A DNA stretch of 64,000 bases from Pirellulales bacterium (lineage in GTDB: Bacteria > Planctomycetota > Planctomycetia > Pirellulales > JAICIG01), in contig JBBDYJ010000042.1 in assembly GCA_040901675.1 (NCBI GenBank), forward strand, positions 1 through 64,000, given 5' to 3'. Each line of letters begins with the position of its first letter. The stretch's first letter is position 1. The notes under the pieces are model-generated. The model had not been told where the DNA came from and did not search any database. It saw only the letters and a list, made by a program, of their open reading frames with translations. Of this stretch, positions 49,184 through 59,200 are shown piece by piece. A program made the translations under genes and the position numbers.

Positions 49184-49325
49184 ATGGAATGCTGCGGAAT
49201 AGTCGGGGCGGATGGCCCGATTCCTTCAATAAAAAGGCCGAAATCGCCGGCATCCGCGTCCGGTTTGCGGGGTTATAATCGACTGGCGTGCGGGGGGCTG
49301 AGGGCCGTTTGGTCAGATTCCGCCG

Positions 49326-50246
49326 ATGTTTTCGTCCAACACCGCCTCGGTATTGATCCTGGCCGACGAGGCCTCGCTGGCTCGTCGGTGGTCGGCCTGG
49401 TTGGAAGAGTATGGTTGCCGGGCGTGGTCGGCGCCCGAGGCCCTGCCGGCCACCGTCAGGCCCGATTGTATCCTCACCAACCGGCCGATCGCCGCCGTGA
49501 TTGCAGCGCTCGACCGGCCCCAACTGGCACAAGGCCACGTGGGAGTGGTGGCGGTCGGTCGCGGAGGTCCGGCCGACGTGACGCTCCCGGCCGATGCCAC
49601 GCCGAGGGAGATTGCACTGGCCTGCCGGCTGCTGGGCGAGGTGGTGCGGCTGCGGCGGCAAGCGCGCCGCGGCGCCCGGCTGCGCCGTGCGCTGACGCGG
49701 CTGGCGTTGACCGACCCGATCACCGGATTGCCGAATCGACGGGCCTGGGACGAGGAATTGGCCAAGCGGCTGTCGCAGCCGCGCGGAGACGCAAGCGACG
49801 CCGAGAGGCTATGCCTGGCGATCCTGGATCTGGATCACTTCAAGCGGATCAACGACACGCTGGGGCACGCCGCCGGAGACAAGTTGCTCAAGGCCGCCGG
49901 CCGCGTGCTGCGGCGTTCGCTGGCGGGCCAGCATTTCCTGGCGCGGCTGGGTGGCGACGAGTTCGGTGTGCTGGCCTGGACCGACGGCGGAGCGGCGGCC
50001 GGGGAGCTGGTCGAGCGGGTGCGCAAGGAGCTGGCGTGCGGGCTGGCGGCCATGTCGCTGGCGGCGACGGCCAGCGCGGGATACTGTGTCGAGCCGGCCG
50101 GCGCCGCGGTGGCGTCGAACGAAGTGCTCGAGACAGCCGAGGGGATGTTCGAGTCGGCCGACGAGGCGATGCGATGCGCCAAGGCGGCGGGCCGCAACAT
50201 GAGCCGCCGCGCGGTTCGGGCAGCGCCCGACTTATCGGGACGCTGA
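49326..50246 (+). CDS. Diguanylate cyclase (GGDEF) with degenerate receiver-like N-domain
   Basis: [37 protein letters not shown] and AD.AM..AK..GRN. TATAAT at 49274-49279 upstream. Confidence 0.92.
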   Translation: MFSSNTASVLILADEASLARRWSAWLEEYGCRAWSAPEALPATVRPDCILTNRPIAAVIAALDRPQLAQGHVGVVAVGRGGPADVTLPADATPREIALACRLLGEVVRLRRQARRGARLRRALTRLALTDPITGLPNRRAWDEELAKRLSQPRGDASDAERLCLAILDLDHFKRINDTLGHAAGDKLLKAAGRVLRRSLAGQHFLARLGGDEFGVLAWTDGGAAAGELVERVRKELACGLAAMSLAATASAGYCVEPAGAAVASNEVLETAEGMFESADEAMRCAKAAGRNMSRRAVRAAPDLSGR

Positions 50247-50248
50247 GA

Positions 50249-51871
50249 TCAGTGGGCGACGCGCCAGCGGACGCCAAACAGCCAGATCATGCCGGCGGCC
50301 AAGGCAACATCGAGCGCCATATAAAAGATCACGAACGAAGTCCACAGCGGCCAGTTGGCGGGAATGGCGGTCGCATCTTGAATGTCGAGGTCCAAGGGGA
50401 GACTGAAAGCGGCAATGAAGGGGCTGCTGAACGACAACTGCTTGACCAACGTCGCGGCGGGGTGGGTGGGATAGAAGACTTCGGCGAACTCCGAAACAGC
50501 CACCGGGGCCAGGAACAAGAGCACGACCACCAGGTAGGCGGTCATCATGCTGACCGATGTCTTGCGGAAAATAACCGAGCAGAACAGGGCCAGGCCGGCC
50601 GTGGTCAGGCAGGTCAGCGCGATGATGACCAGGTAGCCGGCGATCGTGATCAGGTTCGACCAGTAGTACTGCACCATCACGCAGGCCAGCAACAGCGGCC
50701 ACAAGAGAAAGGAGGTCAGGACGCAGGAGACGCGCAATCCGGAAACGAGTTTTCCCCAGAGGATCTGCCAGGGCGACAGGGTGGTGACGAGCAACAGGTC
50801 GAGCGTCTCGCGTTCGCGTTCGCTGGTGACGCTGCCGGCCGAGAACACCGGCCCGACCAGCATGTTGAACAGCACGACGTAGCTGATGTACCAGGGGGCC
50901 GCCTGGGGGAAAAGGTACAGGCAGAAGGCCATCAGCGGGATGGCCAGGAACATGCTGACCTGGATCACCACCCGCAGCATCAGCGTACCCTGGCTGAACA
51001 GTTCGCTGCGCATTTCCTTGTCGTAGATCGGATTGGCGCCGTCCTCCAGCAGGCCGACACGCTTGGCGGGGGCAAACAGGCGATCGGGAAACTGGTCGCG
51101 GTGGATCACCAGGCCGACCGCCTCGCGGAGCTCCTGGGCCTCGTCGACCACCTCCTTGCCTTCGCTGCCCACGTCGGGCGGGTGGAGCAGCCGGCGGCTG
51201 GTGGCCACGAAGAGCACGCCGCCGATCACGAAGCAGGCGATCGGCAAGACGGTGACGGTGGCCAGGAGCCGGAACCCGGCCACGCCCTCGAAGGCCCGCC
51301 AGAAGAGCAGGCCCGCCAATGCCAGCGGCAGGATCGCCAGGTACGAAACGACCAGCGAGGCGGCGGTCCGTTGGAAATAGCTGCTGCAGGCGAGGCTGAT
51401 CATGCCGAAAGTAACCACCGAGAGGATCAACGCCAGGTAGACGGCCAGCACCTCGTACAGCGACACGCCCCCCAAGGGCAGGCAGATCATCACGATCGGC
51501 AGCGACGAGAAAATCAGGATCGCCACGTGGCAGAGCGAGGCAAACAGCTTGCCCAGCACGATCGCGCCCGGCCGCAGCGGGCTGGCCAGCAGCATCTCGT
51601 AGCTCTTGCGCTCCTTTTCGCCGGTGATGGCGCCGGCCGCGAAGCTGGGGGCCATCAGCGAGGCGATCAAGTACTGGCCCAGGAAAAACAGGTTCACGAG
51701 CCGCTTGGCGGCCTCGGGGTTGGTCATGTCGATCTTCTCGGCTTCGGGCCAGGCCATGTAGACCACGCCCCCCAGCAGCGCCACGTAGAAGAACAACAGC
51801 GCGAAGCCCCGCCGCATCCGCAGGTTCACCAGGAGCTCGCGCTGCAGGACGGGATTCTCGATCAAGTACAT
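50249..51871 (-). CDS. ABC-2 type permease with two tandem permease domains
   Basis: ENPVLQREL...AGAITGEKERKSYEMLL..PL....I.LGKL is repeated as NPIYDKEM...AGSVTSERERETLDLLL.T.L....ILWGKL. Confidence 0.88.
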   Translation of the reverse strand: MYLIENPVLQRELLVNLRMRRGFALLFFYVALLGGVVYMAWPEAEKIDMTNPEAAKRLVNLFFLGQYLIASLMAPSFAAGAITGEKERKSYEMLLASPLRPGAIVLGKLFASLCHVAILIFSSLPIVMICLPLGGVSLYEVLAVYLALILSVVTFGMISLACSSYFQRTAASLVVSYLAILPLALAGLLFWRAFEGVAGFRLLATVTVLPIACFVIGGVLFVATSRRLLHPPDVGSEGKEVVDEAQELREAVGLVIHRDQFPDRLFAPAKRVGLLEDGANPIYDKEMRSELFSQGTLMLRVVIQVSMFLAIPLMAFCLYLFPQAAPWYISYVVLFNMLVGPVFSAGSVTSERERETLDLLLVTTLSPWQILWGKLVSGLRVSCVLTSFLLWPLLLACVMVQYYWSNLITIAGYLVIIALTCLTTAGLALFCSVIFRKTSVSMMTAYLVVVLLFLAPVAVSEFAEVFYPTHPAATLVKQLSFSSPFIAAFSLPLDLDIQDATAIPANWPLWTSFVIFYMALDVALAAGMIWLFGVRWRVAH

Positions 51872-51884
51872 GAGTGGGGGCGAT

Positions 51885-52811
51885 TCAGATGACAAGTCCC
51901 TTGGTGACCAGCATGAAGACGTCCTCCAGCGTGGGATCTTTCTCGGCAAAGGAGTGCATCTTCACCCCCGCGCCGATCAGCCGCTCGAGCAGCGCGGCCA
52001 CGTCGTGGTCCTCGGCGGCCAGCTCGGCGGTGACGCGATGGTTTTCGACCTGCACGTCGAGCGTCTGCGGCATGCTGCGGATGATCGACAGGGCCGTCTC
52101 CATCTTGTCCAGGAAGCGGATCTCCAGGATGCGGTTTCGCTTGATGCGGCGGTAGACCTCGTCGATCGGCCCGTGCATCAGCATCACTCCGCGCTCGATG
52201 ATGCCGATCGAAGTGCAGCAGTCGGCCAGCTCGGTCAGGATGTGGCTGGAGATCAGGATGGTCTTGCCCATCCGCCGCAGCTCCTTCAGCAGGGCCTTCA
52301 CCTCCAGGCGGGCCCGCGGATCGAGGCCGCTGGAGGGTTCGTCGAGGATCAGCACCGGGGGGTCGTGCACCAGCGTCTTGGCCAGGCACAGCCGCTGCTT
52401 CATGCCCCGCGACAACCCGTTGACGAAGTCGTCGCGCTTGTGGGTCAGGTCCAACAGCTCCAGCACGTCGCCGATCACGTGCTTCCGCTTCGAGCGGGGG
52501 ATCTGGTAGGCGACGGCGAAAAAGTCGAGGAATTCCCAGACCTTCATGCCGTCGTACACGCCGAAGTTGTCCGGCATGTAGCCCACGCTGCGGCGGACGT
52601 CGAGCGGGCGGCGCGTGACGCTGTGCCCGTTGACCACCCCCTCGCCATGCGTGGCCTTGAGCAGCGTGGCCAGGAAGCGGATCGTGGTGCTCTTGCCGGC
52701 CCCGTTGGGCCCGATGAAACCGAACATCTCGCCTGCCGCGATGGTCAGGTTCAAGCACTCCACGGCGGTAAAGTCGCCGTAGTTCTTGCCAAAGTCGATG
52801 AGTTCGATCAT
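51885..52811 (-). CDS. ABC transporter ATP-binding protein
   Basis: GPNGAGKST, LSRGMKQR, LILDEPSSGLDP, SSH and PTLEDVF. Confidence 0.95.
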   Translation of the reverse strand: MIELIDFGKNYGDFTAVECLNLTIAAGEMFGFIGPNGAGKSTTIRFLATLLKATHGEGVVNGHSVTRRPLDVRRSVGYMPDNFGVYDGMKVWEFLDFFAVAYQIPRSKRKHVIGDVLELLDLTHKRDDFVNGLSRGMKQRLCLAKTLVHDPPVLILDEPSSGLDPRARLEVKALLKELRRMGKTILISSHILTELADCCTSIGIIERGVMLMHGPIDEVYRRIKRNRILEIRFLDKMETALSIIRSMPQTLDVQVENHRVTAELAAEDHDVAALLERLIGAGVKMHSFAEKDPTLEDVFMLVTKGLVI

Positions 52812-52853
52812 GGGCCGGGAGATGATGGCGGTGAAGGGCGTGCCGTTGACTGC

Positions 52854-55430
52854 TCAGGGATTCTCGTCCGGCAGGAGGTCGTCGTCCAACTCTTCGGGCG
52901 GCAAAGGATCCCGCAATTGCCCCTGGATCGTGGCACGGTCGTTCTGGTCGCGCTGCGGCGCGGGCAGCGGACCGTAATCCAGGTGGGCCACGAACAGGCC
53001 GCGATGCCGCTTCTGCGAGGCGGCCGGCCGGATCGTCAGGCCGCCGATTTCGTCGGGCGTCCAGGCCACCAGCCGCAGCTCTCCCGCCGGCACTTCCTTC
53101 TGGGCCAGTGCCAGCAGGTTCCGCAGGTTGAGCAGGTTCAATTTATCGGAGCGTGCAGCGCTGGGGGCGGCCAGCGACCGACCTCGTTCCTGGGTCCACA
53201 GCTTGTCGGTGTTGGCCGGCACCAGCCGCACTTCCACCTGGGCAGCCGGCGGCAGCGAACCGACCCAGGCCGCTTTGTCCTTTCCGACGACTCCGGCGCC
53301 CTCGAGCGTCAGGTTGGTGAGGTTGGTGAGCCGGAAGCGATCGTCGCCCAGGGCCTCCCAGCGGACGCCGCCGCCCAGGTCGTACATCTGCTCGGTGTGC
53401 ACCATGCCGGTCGTGTTCGAGTCGAAAGCCAGTCCTTCCAACGTGACCTCCGAGATCTCGTCTTCGGCGCCGACCTTTTCGGCCTCGCGCACGCGGCGAA
53501 AACCGACGGTGCTGCGGCCCGTGCCGCTGAGCATCTGCCGGCCGGTGGGAAACGGCAGCGCCAGGGCCGTGTCGTCTTCGAAACGAAGCCGGTAGCTGGT
53601 TCCCAACGAACTGTACAAGGCGATGTATCGGGTCAGATGCGCGCGTGGATGCTCGCCCTGGACCTCGATCACCGACAGGTCGGTGCGGGAGCGGGCAAAG
53701 CCGATGTCGAGCTGGGCCAGGTAGACCACGGCCAACGAGCAGCCCACGGCGATCAAGGGGGCGACCGCCCAGGCCAGCTCGACGCGGCCCAGCATCCGGA
53801 AGAACGCCCAGTTGACCGGCACGAGCACGACTACATAGACCGCGAGCACCCAGACGACGAAGGTGGCTTCGGGCACCACGATCCCCGCGGCCTCGCGCAG
53901 GGCATAACTGGCCAGGTCGGCACTGGTGCTGAAGTCGTCCCAGGCGGCCACGCCGGGACCAACGGGCGGGCCCTCGCTAGAGTCGCCGATGTACATCGGC
54001 TGCCCCCATGGGGACAGCGTGACTTCATCGATGGCGGGGCTGGCGGGTTCGGGGCGTTGGCGCCGCATTGCGGCGAAGCTGCCGTCCGAAAGCGCGGCGT
54101 CGCGAGTGAAATAACGCAGATGGCTGACCCGCGAAGCGTCGTAGGGGTCGCCTTCTGTCCAGTCCACCCGCACCGTGAGGCCGTCGTTCAGGCTGAAAAC
54201 CCGCGGCGGGCGGGCCAGGATGCAGCCGTTGAAAAAGCCGTCGAAGCCAGGCCAGTTGCGCAACTCGCGTTGGCTGAGATGGAAAGCGGTAACCACCACG
54301 CGACCCCGCCCCACGCGGCGGGCAACCACGAGCGGTTCCCCGCCCCCCCTGGCCAGGATCTGCGAGGACGCGCGCGGCGTCAGCTTCTGACCCGTCCAAG
54401 GCTCGACCACCGTCAGCGGCCGGCCGGATATGGTCCAGATGGAGTTGATTTCGGCAAGGCTGCCGGTATCGAGCTTCAAGGCGTCGCCCCCGTCGGCGGG
54501 CAGGTAGGGATCGAGGAAGCTCCCCCGGACCGTGTCCAAAGTTTCGGGCCCGCTTACGATGAGCTGGCCTCCCCAGTGCAGCCAGTCGAGCAGGGCTTGT
54601 TGCTTGTCCGGGGCGAGCAACTTCGGATCGAGATCGTCCCAGAGAATGCAGGCGACGGCGGTCCAGCTCAAGGCTCCGTTGGGCAACGCAGCCCGGTTGC
54701 GGATCTTTGGCAGGATCACTCGGTAGTGGGCTTCGACCGGGGATTCGCCCATGTCGGTACGGGGCGCGCGGATGGAATCGAGCGTTCTCAGATAGCCATA
54801 CAGATCGGGATTACGGGCCAGTACGGCAAAGTAATACTGGTGGGCCGGCATGCGCTCGAGTGGCTGCAGGTCCTGGACGATGGTCCTGCCTCCGGGGCCG
54901 CTGAGCAGCCGGGTTGAGATCTGGTGTGTCTGGACTTCCAGCGGCGAGTAGAGCGGGTACTCGAAGACACGCCTCTGCCCCTTGGGCAGGATGGCCGGCC
55001 GGGTGACTCGCAAGCGGAACGGCATCTGGTCCAAATCCACCGGCCTGCCCTGCTGGAGCAGCTCGGAGGCCAGCTCGCCCCGGTATTCGAAGTTGTTCGC
55101 CCGGGCCTCCATGCTGCCCGTGGTCCAATGACCGGGCTTGACGCCGGCTTCGATCCGGTCGGTCTGGTTGGGGCGGACCGAGAAGCGGAGGAACTCGAAG
55201 TCGGGTTTCTCCTTTTCTTTCTGCTTCCTGAGCTCCTCGCGCCTGGCCTCCCGCTGTTCTTCGGTCAAGGGGTCGGCGCGAGTGCATCCTCGGCAGCCGG
55301 AGATCAACGGAGTCAAGGCCACCAGCGAAGCCAATGCCAAGAGGGCACGGCGGCCCACGTGAGGGCTGGCAAGCGCGGGCCGGCCAGCCCGAGGGCCGAC
55401 AACGAGACAAGAACGTTGGCTCTCGGCCAT
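52854..55430 (-). CDS. Large envelope protein with GATase-like domain and internal TM pair; ABC-associated accessory
   Basis: N-terminal RRALLAL...LISGC, LLDWLHWGGQLIVSG...VGRGRVVVTAF, and TM pair YVVVLVPVNW...AWAVAPLIAV. Co-oriented with the ABC genes; start uncertain. Confidence 0.72.
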   Translation of the reverse strand: MAESQRSCLVVGPRAGRPALASPHVGRRALLALASLVALTPLISGCRGCTRADPLTEEQREARREELRKQKEKEKPDFEFLRFSVRPNQTDRIEAGVKPGHWTTGSMEARANNFEYRGELASELLQQGRPVDLDQMPFRLRVTRPAILPKGQRRVFEYPLYSPLEVQTHQISTRLLSGPGGRTIVQDLQPLERMPAHQYYFAVLARNPDLYGYLRTLDSIRAPRTDMGESPVEAHYRVILPKIRNRAALPNGALSWTAVACILWDDLDPKLLAPDKQQALLDWLHWGGQLIVSGPETLDTVRGSFLDPYLPADGGDALKLDTGSLAEINSIWTISGRPLTVVEPWTGQKLTPRASSQILARGGGEPLVVARRVGRGRVVVTAFHLSQRELRNWPGFDGFFNGCILARPPRVFSLNDGLTVRVDWTEGDPYDASRVSHLRYFTRDAALSDGSFAAMRRQRPEPASPAIDEVTLSPWGQPMYIGDSSEGPPVGPGVAAWDDFSTSADLASYALREAAGIVVPEATFVVWVLAVYVVVLVPVNWAFFRMLGRVELAWAVAPLIAVGCSLAVVYLAQLDIGFARSRTDLSVIEVQGEHPRAHLTRYIALYSSLGTSYRLRFEDDTALALPFPTGRQMLSGTGRSTVGFRRVREAEKVGAEDEISEVTLEGLAFDSNTTGMVHTEQMYDLGGGVRWEALGDDRFRLTNLTNLTLEGAGVVGKDKAAWVGSLPPAAQVEVRLVPANTDKLWTQERGRSLAAPSAARSDKLNLLNLRNLLALAQKEVPAGELRLVAWTPDEIGGLTIRPAASQKRHRGLFVAHLDYGPLPAPQRDQNDRATIQGQLRDPLPPEELDDDLLPDENP

Positions 55431-55603
55431 CAGATCGGTGGTCACGACGGGATGAACACGCACTCGGCACATTATTGGCGGAGCCTCCAGGCCCGGCCCT
55501 TACGAGCGATTCCATGAGTCTACGCGGTGGCTACGGGCCGTGCAAAGGGCCGGGGTAGTAACCCGGCCGGCCGACAAGTGGCAAGAGACACGGCGATCAG
55601 GCG

Positions 55604-56215
55604 TCAAGGCCGGCCGTCGCGATGGGGCAAACGCTGATAGTCGTCCGGAGTATCGAGATCCCCAAGCACCTCGCTGGGCAGCTCGACCCGGCTGCAGGGA
55701 TGCCGGTCGAGCAAGACGTTCAGGCCCTCGTCGGGCATCAGTTCGGCCGCTTCCCGGGCCAACGGCCAGGCAAACAGCACCGGATGGCCGCGGCGCCCCT
55801 GGCACGACGCCACGATGATCTCGTCGGGCGCCGGCCGGCGCGACGAGAGCAGCGTCTCGATCCAGCCGGGCTCCAACAACGGCATGTCGGCCGGTGCCAA
55901 AAGCCAGGCGTCGCTGGCCGAGGGGGCATAATGGCTCGCCACGTGGGCCAGTCCGCACTGGACCGAAGCTTTCATGTCGGCGGGCGGCGGGTCGGCGACG
56001 ACGACGTCGACGCCGGCATCGCGGCAGACCGCCGCCAGGGCCTGGTCTTCCGGATGCACGACCACCACCACGCGGGAAACGCCGGCACGCTTCCAGGCCG
56101 ACAGAACGTGCTCAATCACGGTTGCCCCCCGCCAGGGGAGCAGCAGCTTGGGCCTGCCCATCCGCTCGCTGCGGCCGGCAGCCGGAACGATGGCAAAGCT
56201 GCGAGGAGTGCTCAC
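55604..56215 (-). CDS. mocA: Molybdenum cofactor cytidylyltransferase-like nucleotidyltransferase
   Basis: AIVPAAGRSERMGRPKLLLP, PADMP, RRGHPVLF and DLDTPDDY; adjacent to xdhC. Confidence 0.82.
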   Translation of the reverse strand: MSTPRSFAIVPAAGRSERMGRPKLLLPWRGATVIEHVLSAWKRAGVSRVVVVVHPEDQALAAVCRDAGVDVVVADPPPADMKASVQCGLAHVASHYAPSASDAWLLAPADMPLLEPGWIETLLSSRRPAPDEIIVASCQGRRGHPVLFAWPLAREAAELMPDEGLNVLLDRHPCSRVELPSEVLGDLDTPDDYQRLPHRDGRP

Positions 56216-56279
56216 GAGGCTCCTTGGCGCCAGGCGTCGCTGCCGGGTATGCTGCCGCGACGGAGTGGCGCAGCGGTGT

Positions 56280-57383
56280 TCACGGCTCCGCGGCGACGAA
56301 CGGGGCCGGCCGGCCGGGCACTGCGCCTGCCAGGTTGCGGTGGGCGATCAGCTCGGCCAGGATGCTGATGGCGATTTCCGGGACGGTTTGCGAACCGATG
56401 TCGATGCCCAGGGGAGCATAGACCTTCGACAAGGCCTCGCCGGAAACACCCTGGGCCTCGAGGTCGTCGAAGATCAGCTTGATCTTGCGGCGGCTGCCGA
56501 TGAGTCCCACGTAGCGGGCGCCGCGCTCGGCCAGGTGGAAGAGCGCTTCTTCATCGTGGTTGTGTCCGCGCGTGACGATCAAGGCATACGTGTCCGGCGT
56601 GATCTCCAGACCGCGCAGCGTGGGACCAATTTCACCCTGGATCAACCGGGCGGCGCGCGGAAAGCGGTCCTGGCTGACATACTCGGCGCGGTCGTCGACG
56701 ACCCAGACGTCGAAATCAAGATCCGGCGCCATGTTGCCGACCGCGCGGCCGATATGCCCGCCGCCGACGATCAGCAGCCGGCAACGAGGCAGCACCGGCA
56801 GATACGCCACCCCCTGCGCGGCCATCGGGCGAGGACGCGCATCCAAATCAGGCAGTTGATCGATGATGCCGGCAGGGACAGCCGTGGCCGGGGCGGCTGA
56901 TTCAAGGGCCGCGGCGACCAGCCGGCGGTCTCGAGCGAATAGATAGCAGGCCGGCGCGGGCAGGCCGCTCTTGGCTCCATCGAACACGATGGCTTCCAGA
57001 CAACCGGCGCCCTGGGACAACAGATCCAAGTACCTTTGAAAATACGTCTGGCCGGCATCCGTCTGCCCGGGGGCCGCGATCGGCTGAATGAGGACTTGCA
57101 TCCGCCCGCCGCAGATCAGGCCGTCGTCCCAACCGTAGTCGTTGTCGAGCTGAAAAGCGGCCACCTCGGCCCGGCCCTGCTCCAAGCCGGCCAACGCCCG
57201 GCGTTTGACCTCGGCCTCGACGCAGCCACCCCCCAGAGTGCCTGCCTGAGAGCCGTCGGGAAAGACGAGCATGGCCGCCCCGGCCTTCTGCGGAGTGGAC
57301 CCGCGGGTCTCGACCAGCCGGCAGTAGACAACGGGCCGGCCGGCCCGGAGCGCTTCGAGCAACTGTTGAAGGATTTCGAGCAT
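56280..57383 (-). CDS. xdhC: XdhC/CoxI family Moco-insertion accessory protein
   Basis: GSTPQKAGA, GTLGGGCVE, GLICGG, GGGHIG, TRGH..D, YVGLIGSRRK and APLGIDIG.QT..EIA.SI.AE. Confidence 0.93.
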   Translation of the reverse strand: MLEILQQLLEALRAGRPVVYCRLVETRGSTPQKAGAAMLVFPDGSQAGTLGGGCVEAEVKRRALAGLEQGRAEVAAFQLDNDYGWDDGLICGGRMQVLIQPIAAPGQTDAGQTYFQRYLDLLSQGAGCLEAIVFDGAKSGLPAPACYLFARDRRLVAAALESAAPATAVPAGIIDQLPDLDARPRPMAAQGVAYLPVLPRCRLLIVGGGHIGRAVGNMAPDLDFDVWVVDDRAEYVSQDRFPRAARLIQGEIGPTLRGLEITPDTYALIVTRGHNHDEEALFHLAERGARYVGLIGSRRKIKLIFDDLEAQGVSGEALSKVYAPLGIDIGSQTVPEIAISILAELIAHRNLAGAVPGRPAPFVAAEP

Positions 57384-57664
57384 GAGCACACGAGTATTGG
57401 CCGGAGGACTTTACGTCGATCAACGCCAGCTTAACTGGGGCTTTAAGTCGAGACAAGCAGCCGGATTGGAACGCAACCCGGGCCTCGTGGGCCGATCGGG
57501 CTGCGGCCGAGGCCAGGACCGAAACCGTGGCGGGCCGATGATTTCGCAATTGCGGCCTGGACCGCCAGCGGCTAAAAGACCGCTCCGCCATCGCACACAT
57601 CTCGTCACATCAGACCAAAGGGAACGGCAAGATGCCCCTATTTTCCCTCGAGCCCCCGTGTCGA

Positions 57665-58957
57665 ATGGCTGGAACCGATCGCGGCCGCACGCGCCGGTCG
57701 CGGTATGAAACGCTGGAGCCACGGATGTTGCTGCACGCGGCGACAGGCCGCGAGTGGGCCAGCACCGACGTATCCGTGAGCTTGCTGCCGGACGGCACTT
57801 CGACGGACGGATACGCGAGCAGCTTGTTCGCCGAACTGGACGCGGTGGCGCCGCGCGCGGCGTGGCAAAGGGAGTTTGCCCGCGCCCTGCAGACCTGGGC
57901 CAACGTGTCGAACTTGAACTTCGACTTCGTATCCGACGACGGTTCGCCGACCGGTGTGCCGGGACGGGCTCAGGGCGACAGCCGCTTTGGCGACATCCGG
58001 CTGGGCGCGCATCCGCTCGACCGCTTCGTGGCTTACGCCTACTACCCCAGCGGGACCACGAGGGGAGGCGATATCACCCTCAACTCCGACTACCCCTTTC
58101 AGCTTGGCAAGCACATCGATCTGTACTCGGTGTTGTTGCACGAAACGGGTCACGCGCTGGGCCTGGGGCATGGCACAGCGGGCACGATCATGTACGCCAC
58201 GATCAAGGGCGTCTACTCGGGATTGACGGCCGACGACATCGCGGGCGTGCAGGCGATCTACGGCGCCCGCGCGCACGACAGCTTCGAAACCGCGGCCGGC
58301 AACAACACGTTTCAAACGGCCAGCACGCTTGCGTTGAGCTCCGGTGTCACTGGGCTCCTGGCCGACCTGACGACGTTGGCCGACGTGGATTATTACCGCG
58401 TCCGCCTTCCCAATGGCGCCGAAGGCACGCTGACCGTTTCGGTCGATGCCGGTGGCATCAGCCTGCTATCGCCGAAATTGTCGGTGTACGACGGCGCGGG
58501 CAGGCGGCTGGCGGCCGCCGATGCCGGCGGCCAATACGGCGGCAAGGCGAGCATCACCTTGAACGGTTTACCGGCCGGGCAGACGGTGTACCTGGTGGCC
58601 GACGGCGCGGTGAACGACGTCTTCGGGATGGGCACCTACCGGTTGAACGCCGAGTTCGTCCCGGACCGGAGCCCGGCGCCGATCGACTCCACGCAGTCCG
58701 CGGTATTGAGTCATGCGAGCGGGCGTGACGCCGAGGCCCAGGTCACCGTCAAGGATGGTGAAACGACTTCGCAGCCGGTGGCTTCACGGCCGCGTACGGC
58801 CGATTCAGTGAGCCAGTCCGCGCAACCGGCCAGCCGGCTCCAAGCCCTGGTTGAGAGTCTTGACGGTGGTTCGACGAGCGCGAGAACGCGGCAATCGCGG
58901 TTAAAGATCTTCGCGGAGATTGCCCAACTGAACGCCGACTGGTTCGAGCTGGTTTGA
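57665..58957 (+). CDS. Matrixin (M10 metzincin) metalloprotease with PPC-like domain, paralog 1
   Basis: Planctomycete leader ETLEPRMLL, GDIRLG, HETGHALGLGH, Met-turn TIMY and DVDYYRV. Confidence 0.88.
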   Translation: MAGTDRGRTRRSRYETLEPRMLLHAATGREWASTDVSVSLLPDGTSTDGYASSLFAELDAVAPRAAWQREFARALQTWANVSNLNFDFVSDDGSPTGVPGRAQGDSRFGDIRLGAHPLDRFVAYAYYPSGTTRGGDITLNSDYPFQLGKHIDLYSVLLHETGHALGLGHGTAGTIMYATIKGVYSGLTADDIAGVQAIYGARAHDSFETAAGNNTFQTASTLALSSGVTGLLADLTTLADVDYYRVRLPNGAEGTLTVSVDAGGISLLSPKLSVYDGAGRRLAAADAGGQYGGKASITLNGLPAGQTVYLVADGAVNDVFGMGTYRLNAEFVPDRSPAPIDSTQSAVLSHASGRDAEAQVTVKDGETTSQPVASRPRTADSVSQSAQPASRLQALVESLDGGSTSARTRQSRLKIFAEIAQLNADWFELV

Positions 58958-59200
58958 AGCGAGGAAGCGTAGCCGGAGGGTCTTAAAAGCTTGCCACGTT
59001 GCGCAATTGCCGAATTGTTCAGGCGGTGGAAGAACCACTCAATCAGAAGCTGCTGTTTCGCTTGCGGATCGTTGCGCACTCGCGCAGAGGTCAATGGGGT
59101 TTGCTCGCGGTAGCGAGTCGACCTAGGGTTTCGATTGTGGGGCGAACCGCGCCCTGCTCACTTCTGCAACTCATTTCCTGTTTCGCTTGGAGCGGTAATC

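Noticed and set aside
49104..49661. N-terminal extension of PyrB (504-aa ORF)
   Set aside because: Overlaps the divergent GGDEF gene and promoter region; ATCase homology begins near MSTELS (49103).
49133..54917. 919-aa and 1015-aa plus-strand ORFs
   Set aside because: They overlap the GGDEF gene out of frame and the ABC genes in antisense; no recognisable domains.
57390..57660. Moco riboswitch upstream of xdhC
   Set aside because: No recognisable conserved Moco-RNA elements by eye; an Rfam/Infernal scan would be needed.
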